Below, piece by piece: positions 48,948 to 58,691 of a DNA stretch of 64,000 bases. Within the stretch, counting starts at the first letter, position 1. Each line of letters begins with the position of its first letter. The notes under the pieces are model-generated. The model was not told the DNA's origin. It saw only the letters and a program-made list of their open reading frames with translations, and searched no databases. The position numbers and the translations under genes were made by a program. Location: the NCBI GenBank assembly GCA_963816355.1, contig CAWFKH010000001.1, positions 352,001-416,000 on the forward strand, in the 5' to 3' direction. Origin of the DNA: an uncultured Gemmatimonadales bacterium (GTDB taxonomy: Bacteria; Gemmatimonadota; Gemmatimonadetes; Longimicrobiales; RSA9).

Positions 48948-49873
48948 CGTCCCCTCGCCCGCTCCTTCCCCGGAAGCACTTCGAGACAGGTGGTCCACCA
49001 GCCGGTCCGGATCGTCTCGATGAACTCCTCCGGCAGCCGCTCCTCGCGCATCTCGTCGGCGAGGGCCTCGTGGTCGTACGCGACGGGGATGAACTCCGTC
49101 CGCAGCTCGCGGCCGTCCGCCTCCAGCAGCGCGTACCAGACGTCCGTTCGGCCGTCGTTGGCCGGACGCCCCAGCGCTCCGACGTTCACGTACCAGCTCC
49201 CCTCGCCCAGCCGGCGCTCCCAGTGGATGCCCGTGTGCGTGCCGAGGATGACGTCGCAGCCGTGCTCCCGCGCGAGCGCGCGAAGGAAGTGGTCCGGCGT
49301 CGTCGTCTCCCACAGGAACTCGTTGATCTGGCGCGGACTGCCATGGCAGGCCAACACGTCGAGGTCGCCGAGCCGGAAGCGCCGCTCCGCGGGCAGCGTA
49401 TCGAGCCACGCACGGTTGTCCGGCGACGTGTTGGCGAACGTGTACCGGTAGGAGATGCGGGCGTAATGGTTGTCCCGCGGATCGGTGTAGCCGCACTGGC
49501 AGTCATCGAGACCGCGGGCGAGAGAGTCGTCGTAATTCCCGCGAACGGTCAGGACGCCCGCACCCGCAAGGAGCGGGAAGACGCGGTCTGGGCTCGGCCC
49601 GAAGGCGCCCAGGTCGCCGAGACAGAACAACGCTTCGGCCCCGCGTCCCCGCGCATCCTCGATCGCCGCGGCGAGCGCCAGGTGGTTCGAATAGATGCCG
49701 CCGAACGCCGCGACCCGGCCGTATCGCGGCGGACCCGGCCGAGGCGCACGTCGCCCTCCGCTTCGCCCGACCGCGCTGGCGCCGTTCCCGTTCGGGCCGC
49801 TCCCGCCGGCGGCGTTCGCGCTCCCGCCGGCCGCTCTCGCGCCGTTCCCGTTCGCGCCGCTCGCGGTGCTCAC
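48941..49873 (-). CDS. Metallophosphoesterase (YfcE-like) with CxCGY motif
   Basis: CLGD, RGNYD, DCQCGY, HGSP, GTHT, NVG; GTG overlaps the radical SAM stop. Confidence 0.82.
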   Translation of the reverse strand: MSTASGANGNGARAAGGSANAAGGSGPNGNGASAVGRSGGRRAPRPGPPRYGRVAAFGGIYSNHLALAAAIEDARGRGAEALFCLGDLGAFGPSPDRVFPLLAGAGVLTVRGNYDDSLARGLDDCQCGYTDPRDNHYARISYRYTFANTSPDNRAWLDTLPAERRFRLGDLDVLACHGSPRQINEFLWETTTPDHFLRALAREHGCDVILGTHTGIHWERRLGEGSWYVNVGALGRPANDGRTDVWYALLEADGRELRTEFIPVAYDHEALADEMREERLPEEFIETIRTGWWTTCLEVLPGKERARGRW

Positions 49874-50808
49874 TGCGAATTCCCGCCGCCGGAGCCGACG
49901 TTCGAGCAGATGGCGCCGCTCATGTAGCAGGTGTAGCAGGCCTGCTCGGCGAGGACCGCCGGTCGCTGCGCGGCCTCCCGTAGCGTCCGCCCCAGCCGCG
50001 CACCGGGCGCGTCGAGCAGGATCGGGCAGGCGTGTACGCCTCGGGCGCTGACCAGCCGCGCGCGGGTGCACAGGAGCTGATCCAGGTCGAAGCCGTGGAG
50101 CATCTCAGGAGTGACGCGCTCCTCCGGCTCGTAGCCATGGGTGCGGCTCGCTTCGGCGCCGATCCGGAGCGGCGGGAGGATCTTGAGGCGTGCCCGGTCG
50201 TACCCGATCGACGCGAGCAGCTCCCGGAAGGCGCCGAGGATCGCCTCGCCCTCGCCGTCCGCCCATGTCTGCATCGCCGTTACGATCGGCAGGAAACCGG
50301 CGGCGGCCAGACGCTCGATGCCGCCTAGGGCGCGGCGGAAGGCGCCCTCGCCGCGGATCGCGTCGTTGGCGGACGCGGTGACGCCGTCCAGCGACACCCG
50401 GATCTCCAGCGAATAGCGCGACGCGGCCGCCATGCGGGCGAGCTCGTCCACGGTCCGGCGCGGGAGCAGCGTCCCGTTCGTCAGCACGGTCGCGGGACCG
50501 AGCTCGAGCGTATCCTCGAGGATGCCGAGGAGATCGCCGTTCATGAACGGCTCTCCGCCCGTGAAGTAGTACTCCTTGACCCCCAGCTCCACGGAAGTGT
50601 GCAGGTGCTCGCGTACCAGCTCGCGGCCCATGAACCAGAAGCTGTGGTTGTCCGGGGCACAGCTGATGAAGCAGTGCTTGCAGCGCAGGTTGCACACGGT
50701 CCCGCTGACCTGGAACCAGAGCTGATCCAGCGCGGTCAGGGGAACCGTGGGTGCACCGGCCGCGGCGGCCCGGAAGGGTCCACGCTGAAGAACCGGCAGG
50801 CCGCTCAT
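49870..50808 (-). CDS. Radical SAM protein with Cys-rich C-terminus
   Basis: CNLRCKHC (CX3CX2C), TGGEPF, LTNG, VSLDG; C-terminal LLC...ACP...CYTC...ICS. Confidence 0.92.
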   Translation of the reverse strand: MSGLPVLQRGPFRAAAAGAPTVPLTALDQLWFQVSGTVCNLRCKHCFISCAPDNHSFWFMGRELVREHLHTSVELGVKEYYFTGGEPFMNGDLLGILEDTLELGPATVLTNGTLLPRRTVDELARMAAASRYSLEIRVSLDGVTASANDAIRGEGAFRRALGGIERLAAAGFLPIVTAMQTWADGEGEAILGAFRELLASIGYDRARLKILPPLRIGAEASRTHGYEPEERVTPEMLHGFDLDQLLCTRARLVSARGVHACPILLDAPGARLGRTLREAAQRPAVLAEQACYTCYMSGAICSNVGSGGGNSQ

Positions 50809-50918
50809 CGCGACCGATGTCCGCCGGCGGCCGGCCTCACCATCCGCGCGTCGAGCCCCTTCGGCTCATCCAGGGGGCCTCGCCGCTGCGGCAGGACGCC
50901 GACAATGTCGTCATGCAT
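50805..50918 (-). CDS. Small ORF (37 aa) coupled to the radical SAM gene
   Basis: GAGAGGGAGG RBS; MHDDIVGVLPQRRGPLDEPKGLDARMVRPAAGGHRSR; ATGA overlap with the radical SAM start. Confidence 0.45.
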   Translation of the reverse strand: MHDDIVGVLPQRRGPLDEPKGLDARMVRPAAGGHRSR

Positions 50919-51013
50919 GCGACCGATCCTCCCTCTCGCTTCCTTCAGTTCGGGCTCCTCGCTGCCTCACACGGGTTCGGCCGGCCGGGGCGTCGGGGCG
51001 CGGCGAGGGCCGG

Positions 51014-51211
51014 GCTCCGCGCCGTCCGTAATCGCCGTCAACTCAGCCCCGCCGGCCGCCATTTCCAGTCCGGGGCACATCGGACCGCCCGAGGCGCGGT
51101 CGCAAAGGCCCCAAGCGGGTGCGGCTCCGGGCGCGGGGCGGACTTGACCGCTCTGCGCGCGGTCCAGTGTGCCCCACGGCCGGATGCGTCGGGCGTGGGG
51201 CCGGATTGACG
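51014..51211 (-). repeat. Dispersed palindromic-unit element, copy 2 (inverted)
   Basis: Reverse complement homologous to 27288-27485. Confidence 0.9.
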
Positions 51212-51381
51212 TCCCCCGGCGCCGGCTGGACCCACACGGAACAGCGAGGAGCCCCGGTTCGGGCGTCCAACCGGGAAGCGGACGGGACGGTTCCCTGGCC
51301 CGCGGCCGAAGCGGCAGCGTTGAGACGACGACCGTGTGGGAAGCGGGTACACGCGCCGCGCGCAGGTCGCGATCGGATCCG

Positions 51382-51419
51382 CGGGCGCATGTCCACGGGC
51401 GCATGTCCACGGGCGCATG
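51382..51419. repeat. 14-bp tandem repeat (about 2.7 copies)
   Basis: CGGGCGCATGTCCA repeated. Confidence 0.8.
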
Positions 51420-51555
51420 CGTCCCTCGCGTCCGTGCTCACGCGCGCGCTCGGGCCCGATCGCACGTTGCCGGGAAACGGTCGCCATGGTTGCCGGGCCG
51501 GCGGCGTTGGAGCGCGCCGGAACCGCGGCGAGGCACGCGCGGTTGGCTCTGCATC

Positions 51556-52341
51556 ATGACCGACGGCGCAGAGTTCGTCACCGACGGCGGGATCCCCGTT
51601 CCCGCCATCACGCGCGACCGGATGCGGGAGATCGACCGGGTCGCCGTCGAGGAAACGGGGCCCAGCCTGCTCCAGATGATGGAGCACGCCGGCCGCGGCC
51701 TGGCCGAGCTGGTGCTGCGGACGCTGGGGCCGCGCGCGGCTTCGGCGCGCGTGGTCGTGCTGACGGGAACCGGTGGGAACGGCGGCGGTGGAATATGCGC
51801 CGGGCGCCACCTGGCCGCGCGGGTCGGCGAGGTCGTGCTGAGCGTGGTCGACGACGGACGCCTCAGCGAGGCGGCGGCGGTGCAGCTGGAGACGTTCCGG
51901 CACGCGGCGGGCCGCGAAGCGCGGCGGCCTGGCGCCACGCGAGGCGAACCGGACGTCGTCGTCGACGCGATCCTCGGGTATTCGCTGACCGGAGCGCCTC
52001 ATGGCCGCGCCAGAGAGCTGATCGAGTGGGCCGGCGGCGTCGGATCGCCGGTCGTGTCGCTCGACCTGCCGTCCGGCGTGGAGGCGGACACCGGCGCAGC
52101 GCTCGGCGCGGCGATCCGCCCGGACGCGACGCTCACGCTGGCGCTGCCGAAGGCCGGGCTCGTTCACGCCGATACCGGCGATCTCTGGCTCGCGGACCTG
52201 GGAATTCCGCCCGGAGCCTACCGGCGCGCCGGGCTCGCGCACCGGTGGCCGTTCGGAACGGGCTTCATGGTGCATCTGAACCGACGCCGGGCGGAGTCGG
52301 GGCGGCGAGGCGACGCCGAGGAGGCCGTCCCGCCGCGATAG
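51556..52341 (+). CDS. nnrE: NAD(P)H-hydrate epimerase (stand-alone YjeF N-terminal domain)
   Basis: MREIDR, MMEHAGRGLA, GGNGGGG, VVDAILG, SLDLPSG, PKAGL. Confidence 0.85.
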   Translation: MTDGAEFVTDGGIPVPAITRDRMREIDRVAVEETGPSLLQMMEHAGRGLAELVLRTLGPRAASARVVVLTGTGGNGGGGICAGRHLAARVGEVVLSVVDDGRLSEAAAVQLETFRHAAGREARRPGATRGEPDVVVDAILGYSLTGAPHGRARELIEWAGGVGSPVVSLDLPSGVEADTGAALGAAIRPDATLTLALPKAGLVHADTGDLWLADLGIPPGAYRRAGLAHRWPFGTGFMVHLNRRRAESGRRGDAEEAVPPR

Positions 52342-52343
52342 CG

Positions 52344-53591
52344 CTACGAAGCGGCGGTGGCGGCCCCCGGCTCCGTCAGCTCCGTCCGCACGACGACGCC
52401 CGCGCTGAGCGTCCGGTGTACCGGGCACCGGTCGGCGATCTCGAGCAGGCGGGCCCGTTGGCCGTCGTCGAGAGGACCGATCAGCGTGAGCTCCCGGTCC
52501 AGCCGGTCGAGTCTGGCCTCGCCGGTCTCGCACCGCGCCTCGTCCTCGGCGTGGACCTTCGAATGCTGCAGCCGGACGACGGCCTCTTCCAGCGGCCACC
52601 GCTTCCGGTCGGCGTACATCCGCAGCGTCATCGTGGTGCATGCGCCCAGCGCCGCCGCCAGGAGGTCGTACGGCGTCGGACCGAGATCCTCGCCGCCGAC
52701 CGCCTTCGGCTCATCGGCGAGGAGCGCGTGGCCGCGGGCGAGGATCTCCGTGCGGAACGCGCCTGCGGCGGTGCGGACGACCACGCGGTTGTCCCTGCGG
52801 AGGTCCTCCACCGTCTCCGGCTCGGGCGCCTCCGGCAGGTACCGCCCGGCCCAGGCCGCGAGCACCGACCCGACGTAGAGGGAGTCGCGCTCGCGGAGCA
52901 GGAGGTGATCGGCGTCGTCCAGCGACACGAAGCTCTTCGGGTGTTTCGCGGCGGCGTAGATCAGGGCGGCGTTCTCGATGCCGACGGCCGTGTCGACGGG
53001 CGAGTGGAAGATGAGGAGCGGCCGGCCCAGCGACGCGATGGTCTTCTCGACGTTGCGACCCTCGAGGTCGTGCACGAACTCCCGGCTCAGCGTGAAGTGG
53101 CGTCCTCCGAGCGTCACGTCCGCCTCGCCCCGCCGCTCGATCTCGTCGATCGATTGGACGAAGAGGTTCTTCACGTGGGCAGGGTCGAAGGGAGCGCCGA
53201 TGGTGGCGACGGCGCGAACCGAAGGCAGCCGGCCCGCCGCCTGCAGCACCGCCGCCCCGCCCAGCGAGTGGCCGATGAGGATGGCGGGGGCGTCGTACCG
53301 GCTCCGCATGAACTCCGCGGCGGCCACGAGGTCCTCGACGTTCGAGGAGAATGTCGTATCGGCGAAATCGCCCTCACTCTCGCCGATGCCGGTGAAGTCG
53401 AAACGCATGACCGCGATGTGCTGCTGCGTCATGGCCCGGCTGATGTTCACCGCCGCCTTCAGGTCCTTCGAGCAGGTGAAGCAGTGGGCGAACAGCGCGC
53501 AGGCCCGGACCTCGCCATCCGCCGGCAGGCCGAGCCGCGCGCTCAGCTCCACGCCGTTGGCGCCCGGGAAGGTGATCCTCTCGTTTCTCAC
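52344..53591 (-). CDS. Alpha/beta hydrolase - OsmC fusion protein
   Basis: [44 protein letters not shown]. Confidence 0.92.
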   Translation of the reverse strand: MRNERITFPGANGVELSARLGLPADGEVRACALFAHCFTCSKDLKAAVNISRAMTQQHIAVMRFDFTGIGESEGDFADTTFSSNVEDLVAAAEFMRSRYDAPAILIGHSLGGAAVLQAAGRLPSVRAVATIGAPFDPAHVKNLFVQSIDEIERRGEADVTLGGRHFTLSREFVHDLEGRNVEKTIASLGRPLLIFHSPVDTAVGIENAALIYAAAKHPKSFVSLDDADHLLLRERDSLYVGSVLAAWAGRYLPEAPEPETVEDLRRDNRVVVRTAAGAFRTEILARGHALLADEPKAVGGEDLGPTPYDLLAAALGACTTMTLRMYADRKRWPLEEAVVRLQHSKVHAEDEARCETGEARLDRLDRELTLIGPLDDGQRARLLEIADRCPVHRTLSAGVVVRTELTEPGAATAAS

Positions 53592-53863
53592 GAAACTCCT
53601 CCGGTTCGTCGCAGCCGCTCGAGCAGGCGGTACCTCGAGTAGCCGGCCACCAGGAGCGGGACGACGTAGTTGAGCAGTACGGGAAGCACGAGGTCCCGTC
53701 CGAATTCGAGCGCGAGAACCTCCGGATGGTTGATCAGTGTCAGCGCGGTGCCGACGACCAGCGACGTCCTCACCGCCGCCGCCCCGAACGCCCGCTCGCG
53801 CGCGGGCGGCGCCGGATCCTCCGATCGCACCACACCGGCCGGGCCGGTCGCCGGCGGTCTCAC
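53588..53863 (-). CDS. Small membrane protein, NrtS-like
   Basis: [17 protein letters not shown]...[12 protein letters not shown]; overlaps both neighbours by 4 bp. Confidence 0.65.
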   Translation of the reverse strand: MRPPATGPAGVVRSEDPAPPARERAFGAAAVRTSLVVGTALTLINHPEVLALEFGRDLVLPVLLNYVVPLLVAGYSRYRLLERLRRTGGVS

Positions 53864-54591
53864 CCTTCGGTCCACGGCCCGCGGTCCTGGCGCAGGGCGC
53901 GTCCCGCCGCCCGCGTGATCAGCAGCGTCGCCGCCGCCGTCGCCAGCAGGCCGACGCCGATCAGGGCGTAGTACGCGAAGCCCTTCTCCGCGCCGGCGGC
54001 CCCCGCCGCGACTTCCCCGGCCGCGTAGCCGGCGTAGACGTACAGGAACGTACCGGGCGCCATGCCGATGGCGCTGGCGAGGAGGTAGTCCGAGAAGCGG
54101 ACGGGCGTGATGCCGAGTGTGTAGTTCAGCCCGTTGAAGGGGAACACCGGCGACAGCCGCAGCAGGAAGACCAGTTTCCGACCCTGCCGCCCGACCGCCT
54201 GGTCGATCGCCGTGAGCTTCCGACTGGACCGCAGGCGCCGTTCGACGGCCCCTCGCGCGACGTGCCGGGCCACGAGGAAGGCGAGGCCGGCGCCGAGCGT
54301 GGCGCCGGCGAGCGAGTAGGCCGTTCCCGGGATCAACCCGAAGATCGCGCCCGAGGCCAGCGTCAGGAGCGAGCCGGGGATCCACGCCACCGTGGCGGCC
54401 GCGTAGAGCCCGATGAAGGCGACGGCCGCCCAGGGGCCGAGATCCTCGATCGTCGCCAGGACGCGGGGCATGTAGCCCGCGAGCTCGCGGCCGCCCAGGA
54501 CGACGACCGCGATGCCGGCGATCGTGGCCGCGCCGAGGAGCGTCAGGCGCGTCCTCGCCTCGCCCGCGGCTGGCTCTTCAGCGGCACGCAT
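53860..54591 (-). CDS. TVP38/TMEM64 (DedA/SNARE-associated) membrane protein
   Basis: [39 protein letters not shown]. Confidence 0.92.
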   Translation of the reverse strand: MRAAEEPAAGEARTRLTLLGAATIAGIAVVVLGGRELAGYMPRVLATIEDLGPWAAVAFIGLYAAATVAWIPGSLLTLASGAIFGLIPGTAYSLAGATLGAGLAFLVARHVARGAVERRLRSSRKLTAIDQAVGRQGRKLVFLLRLSPVFPFNGLNYTLGITPVRFSDYLLASAIGMAPGTFLYVYAGYAAGEVAAGAAGAEKGFAYYALIGVGLLATAAATLLITRAAGRALRQDRGPWTEG

Positions 54592-55255
54592 GCAGCCTCC
54601 AGCCGTCGAGCAGCCGCCCCAGATGCGATTCCCGTCCCGCGTGCAGGGCGGCGATCCGGAGGTCCTCGATATGGTCGATGTCGTACCACGGCGTGAGCAG
54701 GTGGACGCCCATCCCCTCCGCCGCGAGCCGCTCGACCGTGGCGGTGAATACGGAGTCCGTCGACCACCGGACGCCCTCGAACATGCGGCGCGCCGCCGGC
54801 CACGACTCCGCCCGCATGCCCACGAGATAGTAGCCGCCGTCGAGCGCAGGTCCGAGCACGACGGTGCCGGCGACCGCCTCGCGGGCCGCCGCGTCCAGCT
54901 CCTCGCGCGGCAGCGTGGGAGAATCCGAGCCCACGAGGAGCACGCGCGTCTCGCCCCGGGCGAAGGCGCCCTCGAAGGCCGCGGACATGCGGTGCCCGAG
55001 ATCGCCCCCCGACTGCGGGCGGCGGGCAACGTCGGCGAACTCGCGGGCGAAGAAGGCGCCGCCGTCGTCGTCCGATCCGGCGAAGTGGATCTCCACGTCG
55101 AATCCGGTCCGGCGCGCCGCGGCCACGACATCCTTTAGCGACGCCTCGTGCACGGCCGCGGCCTCTGCGCGCGAGAGCGGCGGGGAGAGGCGCGTCTTGA
55201 CGAGGCCCGGAACGGGCGGCTTCGCGAAGACGATCAGCCGCGTCCGCTCAGCCAC
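54578..55255 (-). CDS. TIGR04282-like (DUF2064) glycosyltransferase
   Basis: FAKPPVPGLVKTRL, QSGGDLGHRM, GSDSP, GPALDGGYYLVG, WST, DID..EDL. Confidence 0.9.
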   Translation of the reverse strand: MAERTRLIVFAKPPVPGLVKTRLSPPLSRAEAAAVHEASLKDVVAAARRTGFDVEIHFAGSDDDGGAFFAREFADVARRPQSGGDLGHRMSAAFEGAFARGETRVLLVGSDSPTLPREELDAAAREAVAGTVVLGPALDGGYYLVGMRAESWPAARRMFEGVRWSTDSVFTATVERLAAEGMGVHLLTPWYDIDHIEDLRIAALHAGRESHLGRLLDGWRLHACR

Positions 55256-55955
55256 CGTCCGCTCCCTGGGGGCGGTAGCGGCGGGCGAGCCGATCGGGCG
55301 GCGTCCCGCCGAGCGCGCGCGCGAGGAGCACCCAGTTGGCCAGCGTCCGCCGGATCGGGCCGTCGGCCTGCCAGCGGCGGGCGGAGACCCGGACCGCGGC
55401 GTCCAGCAGGTGGACCCGCGTGACGCCCCGCAGCGCCCGGATCAGTGCCACGTCCTCCATGATGGGCAGCGGTGGATAGCCGCCGGCGCGCACATAGTCC
55501 TCGCGCCGGACGATGAGGCCCTGGTCGCCGTAGGGAAGGCCGAACAGGCGGCTCCTGAGGTTCGTCCCCCACTCGATCAGTCGGTACGACGCCGCGTGCG
55601 CGTCGATGCGCAGGCGGAACGCCATCGCGCACGGCGGCCGGGCAATCGCCACCTCGTCCAGCAGCGCCAGGACCGCTTCGTCGAGCCGGACGTCGGCGTG
55701 GAGGAAGAGGAGGAGCGGCGCCCGCGCGATCTCCGCCCCCGCCCGAAGCTGGATGCCGCGCCCGCGCGCCGTGGTCGCCACGCGGGCGCCTCGCGCACGC
55801 GCGACATCGCCCGTGAGGTCGGCGCTGCCGCCGTCCACCACCACCACCTCGTGCGGCGTGGTGAGCCGCGTGAGGTCGTCGAGCAGCAGACCGAGGGCCC
55901 GCTCCTCGTCCAGCGTGGGAACGACCACGCTGAGCAGTAGAGGGCGCTCCGCCAT
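55248..55955 (-). CDS. TIGR04283-like GT2 glycosyltransferase
   Basis: VVPTLDEE, VDGGSAD, LFLHAD, LPYGDQGL, IMED, SARRW. Confidence 0.92.
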   Translation of the reverse strand: MAERPLLLSVVVPTLDEERALGLLLDDLTRLTTPHEVVVVDGGSADLTGDVARARGARVATTARGRGIQLRAGAEIARAPLLLFLHADVRLDEAVLALLDEVAIARPPCAMAFRLRIDAHAASYRLIEWGTNLRSRLFGLPYGDQGLIVRREDYVRAGGYPPLPIMEDVALIRALRGVTRVHLLDAAVRVSARRWQADGPIRRTLANWVLLARALGGTPPDRLARRYRPQGADGG

Positions 55956-56051
55956 GGCTGCCGCCGGCATCAAAGCCTCGTTCGGGTGAAAGGAGTCCGC
56001 TGCCTCGACGGACCAACCGGATGCCACCCGGAACGGTTTCGCCGCCTCGCG

Positions 56052-58691
56052 CTATTCGGCTCCCAGAACGGCCATCGGATCGACGCGCGCCGCGCGCGTC
56101 GCCGGAACGAACGCCGCCACGATCGCCACGGCGCCGAGCAGGGCCGCGGTGGCGGCGAAGACCACCGGATCCCTCGCGGTGACGCCGAAGAGCATCGACT
56201 CGAGCAGCCGTCCGGCGGCGGCGGCGCCGGCGAGCCCGAGGACGACGCCGGCGGCCGCGAGGACGGCGGTGCGCGCGACGGTCGTCGCGTGGACGCGTCG
56301 GCGGGTGGCGCCGAGCGCCATGCGGATGCCGATCTCCCGCGAACGGCTGCGCACCGTGTAGGCGGTCAGGCCGTACAGGCCGAGGGCGGCGATGAGCAGC
56401 GCGATCAGCGAGAACGCGGTGAACACCACGGCGTACAGGTGCTCGCGTGCGACCGACTCGGCCACCCTGTCGCGCATGGGTCCGATCTCGTCGATCGGCA
56501 TGAGCGGATCCACCGCGCGGATCGCCGCCTCGAGCGCCGCCGTGGTGCCGCGCCGATCGCCGGCCGTGCGGATGGCCACCTGCAGGTAGGTGCCGATCGC
56601 GCCGGCGTGGAGCGGAAAGTAGAGCTGCGGGTCGGGCGGATCGGCGAGCGAGCTCTGCCGGACGTCGGACACCACGCCGGTGATCCTACCGGCGACGTCG
56701 CCCAGATAGTCCACGGTCCGCCGCAGCGGGTCGCCGGCGGGGAAGAACGCCCGCACGAACGCCTCGTTCACCAGGACGGCGTCCGGCTCGGCGGCACCGG
56801 CCGGCGGCAACGCGCGGCCGCGCACGATACGCACTCCGAAGACGTCGAAGTAGCCCGACGTCACCCCGGTGAACCAGGTCAGCCGGGGGCCGGCGGGCGA
56901 CGCGAGCCCGGGGATCTCGACCGCGCCCAGGGCGGCGCCGTGGAGCGGGATCCCGGACGCGACCGTCGCGGCGCCCGCGCCCGGAATCGCCCGCGCCCGC
57001 TCGAGGACCGCGGCCACGAACGCGCTGCGCGCGTCCTGGCCGGCGTAACGCGCCGCCGGAAGCCGGAGCTGCGCCACCGTGACGCGGTCGGCGTCGAAGC
57101 CGAGGTCCACGTGCGTGAGCTGCCGGAAGCTGACGCCGAGAAGCGTGCCGGCGGTGACGAGGATCGTGCTCAGCGTCACCTGAACCACCAGCAGCGCTCC
57201 GCCGAGCCGCAGGCGACTCCGGCTCGCCCCGCTCCGCGCGTCGCCCTCCTTCAGCGCCCGCGACGGCGCCTCCCGCACCGCCACCACCGCGGGGAGGATG
57301 CCGGCCAGCAGCCCCGTCGCGACCGTGGCGGCCAACGCCGCTCCCAGCACCCGCCAGTCCACCGCGATCTCGGCGAGGCGCGGGATCTGCGCGCGCGCCA
57401 GCGCCACGGCGGCCGGCAGCGCCCACAGCGTGAGGGCGACCCCGGCCGCGCCCGCCAACGCCGCCAGCACCAGCGACTCCGTCAGGAGCTGCCGCAGCAC
57501 GCGGCCGCGGCCCGCACCCACCGCGAGACGGATCGCCATCTCGCGACGTCGCGCCACGCCGCGGGCCAGGAGCACGGCGGCCACGTTGGCGCACGCCAGC
57601 AGCAGCAGCAGCACTACGGCGGCCAGGAGCAGCAGAAGCGGCTTCCGGATCGCCGGCACGAGCAGGTCGGGGACGGGCTGGAGCGACGGCTTCCACCGCG
57701 CGAACGCCGCCGAGAACGGTACCGCCAGCCGCGCCGTCGCCTGCTCGAGCGTCAGACCGGGCGCGATGCGGCCCACGAGCCAGTATCGTCCCTGGACCTG
57801 CGCCCCCGGCTCCGCAGCGGCCGCGGCCGCCGCCGGCGCCCCGGGGCCCGCGGGCAGCCAGAGCTCCACGTCCGAGGGCAGCTCGAACCGCGGCGGCATG
57901 ACCCCGACCACTTCGTACGGGTCACCGTCCAGATGGAGCGTGCGGCCGACGGCGTCCGGCGTACCGCCGAGTCGATGCACCCAGAAATGGTGGCTCACCA
58001 CCACCACGCGGGCGTCCTCCTGCACGTCCGACCCCGTGATCACCCTGCCCCGAACGGGACGGGAGCCGAACACGCCGAAGAAACGCGCCCCGACCCGCAG
58101 CGCGTTCACCCGCCGCGGATCGCCCGGCCCGGTGAGAACCGGCTCCACGCCGCGCACCGCCGAAGCCGACGCGAAGGCGCCGGCCGGCGAGAGCAGGACT
58201 TCCGCCGCCCCGCTCGAGAGCGTCCCCCCGCGCCCGGCCCGCGCTCCCGGCCGCGCCGCCGTCACCATCACCAGCCGATCGGCGTCCCGGTACGGAAACG
58301 AGCGCAGAACCACGCCCGAGACCAGGCTGTACGTCGTCGTCCCCGCGCCGATCGCGAGCGCCAGCGTCAGGACCACCAGCAGCGACGCCACCGGCGTACG
58401 CGCCACGACGCGGACACCGTAGCGCACGTCCTGCCACGCATCCTCCACCGGCCGGACGCCGCGCGCGTCCCTCGCCGCCTCCCGGTACCGCTCCACCCCG
58501 CCGAACGCCACCAGCGCCCGCCGCTTCGCCTCCTCCGCCGACAGCCCCTCCGCCACGTTCTTCGCCGTCTCCATCTCCAGGTGGAAGCGGAACTCGTCGT
58601 CCAGCTCCGCCTCCACCCGCTCGCGCGCCAGCAGCGCCCGCAGCCGGACCGCCAGCCATCGCAGGCGCGGCACCCTCGCTCCCCGCCTCAC
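56052..58691 (-). CDS. ADOP-type duplicated ABC permease (MacB-PCD/FtsX twice)
   Basis: ELDDEFRFHLEME, CANVA, RREMAIRLAVGA, EIGIRMALGA, RAARVDP. Confidence 0.92.
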   Translation of the reverse strand: MRRGARVPRLRWLAVRLRALLARERVEAELDDEFRFHLEMETAKNVAEGLSAEEAKRRALVAFGGVERYREAARDARGVRPVEDAWQDVRYGVRVVARTPVASLLVVLTLALAIGAGTTTYSLVSGVVLRSFPYRDADRLVMVTAARPGARAGRGGTLSSGAAEVLLSPAGAFASASAVRGVEPVLTGPGDPRRVNALRVGARFFGVFGSRPVRGRVITGSDVQEDARVVVVSHHFWVHRLGGTPDAVGRTLHLDGDPYEVVGVMPPRFELPSDVELWLPAGPGAPAAAAAAAEPGAQVQGRYWLVGRIAPGLTLEQATARLAVPFSAAFARWKPSLQPVPDLLVPAIRKPLLLLLAAVVLLLLLACANVAAVLLARGVARRREMAIRLAVGAGRGRVLRQLLTESLVLAALAGAAGVALTLWALPAAVALARAQIPRLAEIAVDWRVLGAALAATVATGLLAGILPAVVAVREAPSRALKEGDARSGASRSRLRLGGALLVVQVTLSTILVTAGTLLGVSFRQLTHVDLGFDADRVTVAQLRLPAARYAGQDARSAFVAAVLERARAIPGAGAATVASGIPLHGAALGAVEIPGLASPAGPRLTWFTGVTSGYFDVFGVRIVRGRALPPAGAAEPDAVLVNEAFVRAFFPAGDPLRRTVDYLGDVAGRITGVVSDVRQSSLADPPDPQLYFPLHAGAIGTYLQVAIRTAGDRRGTTAALEAAIRAVDPLMPIDEIGPMRDRVAESVAREHLYAVVFTAFSLIALLIAALGLYGLTAYTVRSRSREIGIRMALGATRRRVHATTVARTAVLAAAGVVLGLAGAAAAGRLLESMLFGVTARDPVVFAATAALLGAVAIVAAFVPATRAARVDPMAVLGAE

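Noticed and set aside
51014..51211. Riboswitch interpretation of the dispersed element
   Set aside because: Copy 2 is sense to the downstream operon but copy 1 is antisense to its flanking genes, and no known aptamer motif was recognised.
51290..51345. NiCo riboswitch-like 3' segment (GGCCG..GCGGCAGC..GTGGGA)
   Set aside because: The conserved 5' part is missing and no metal transporter lies downstream on that strand.
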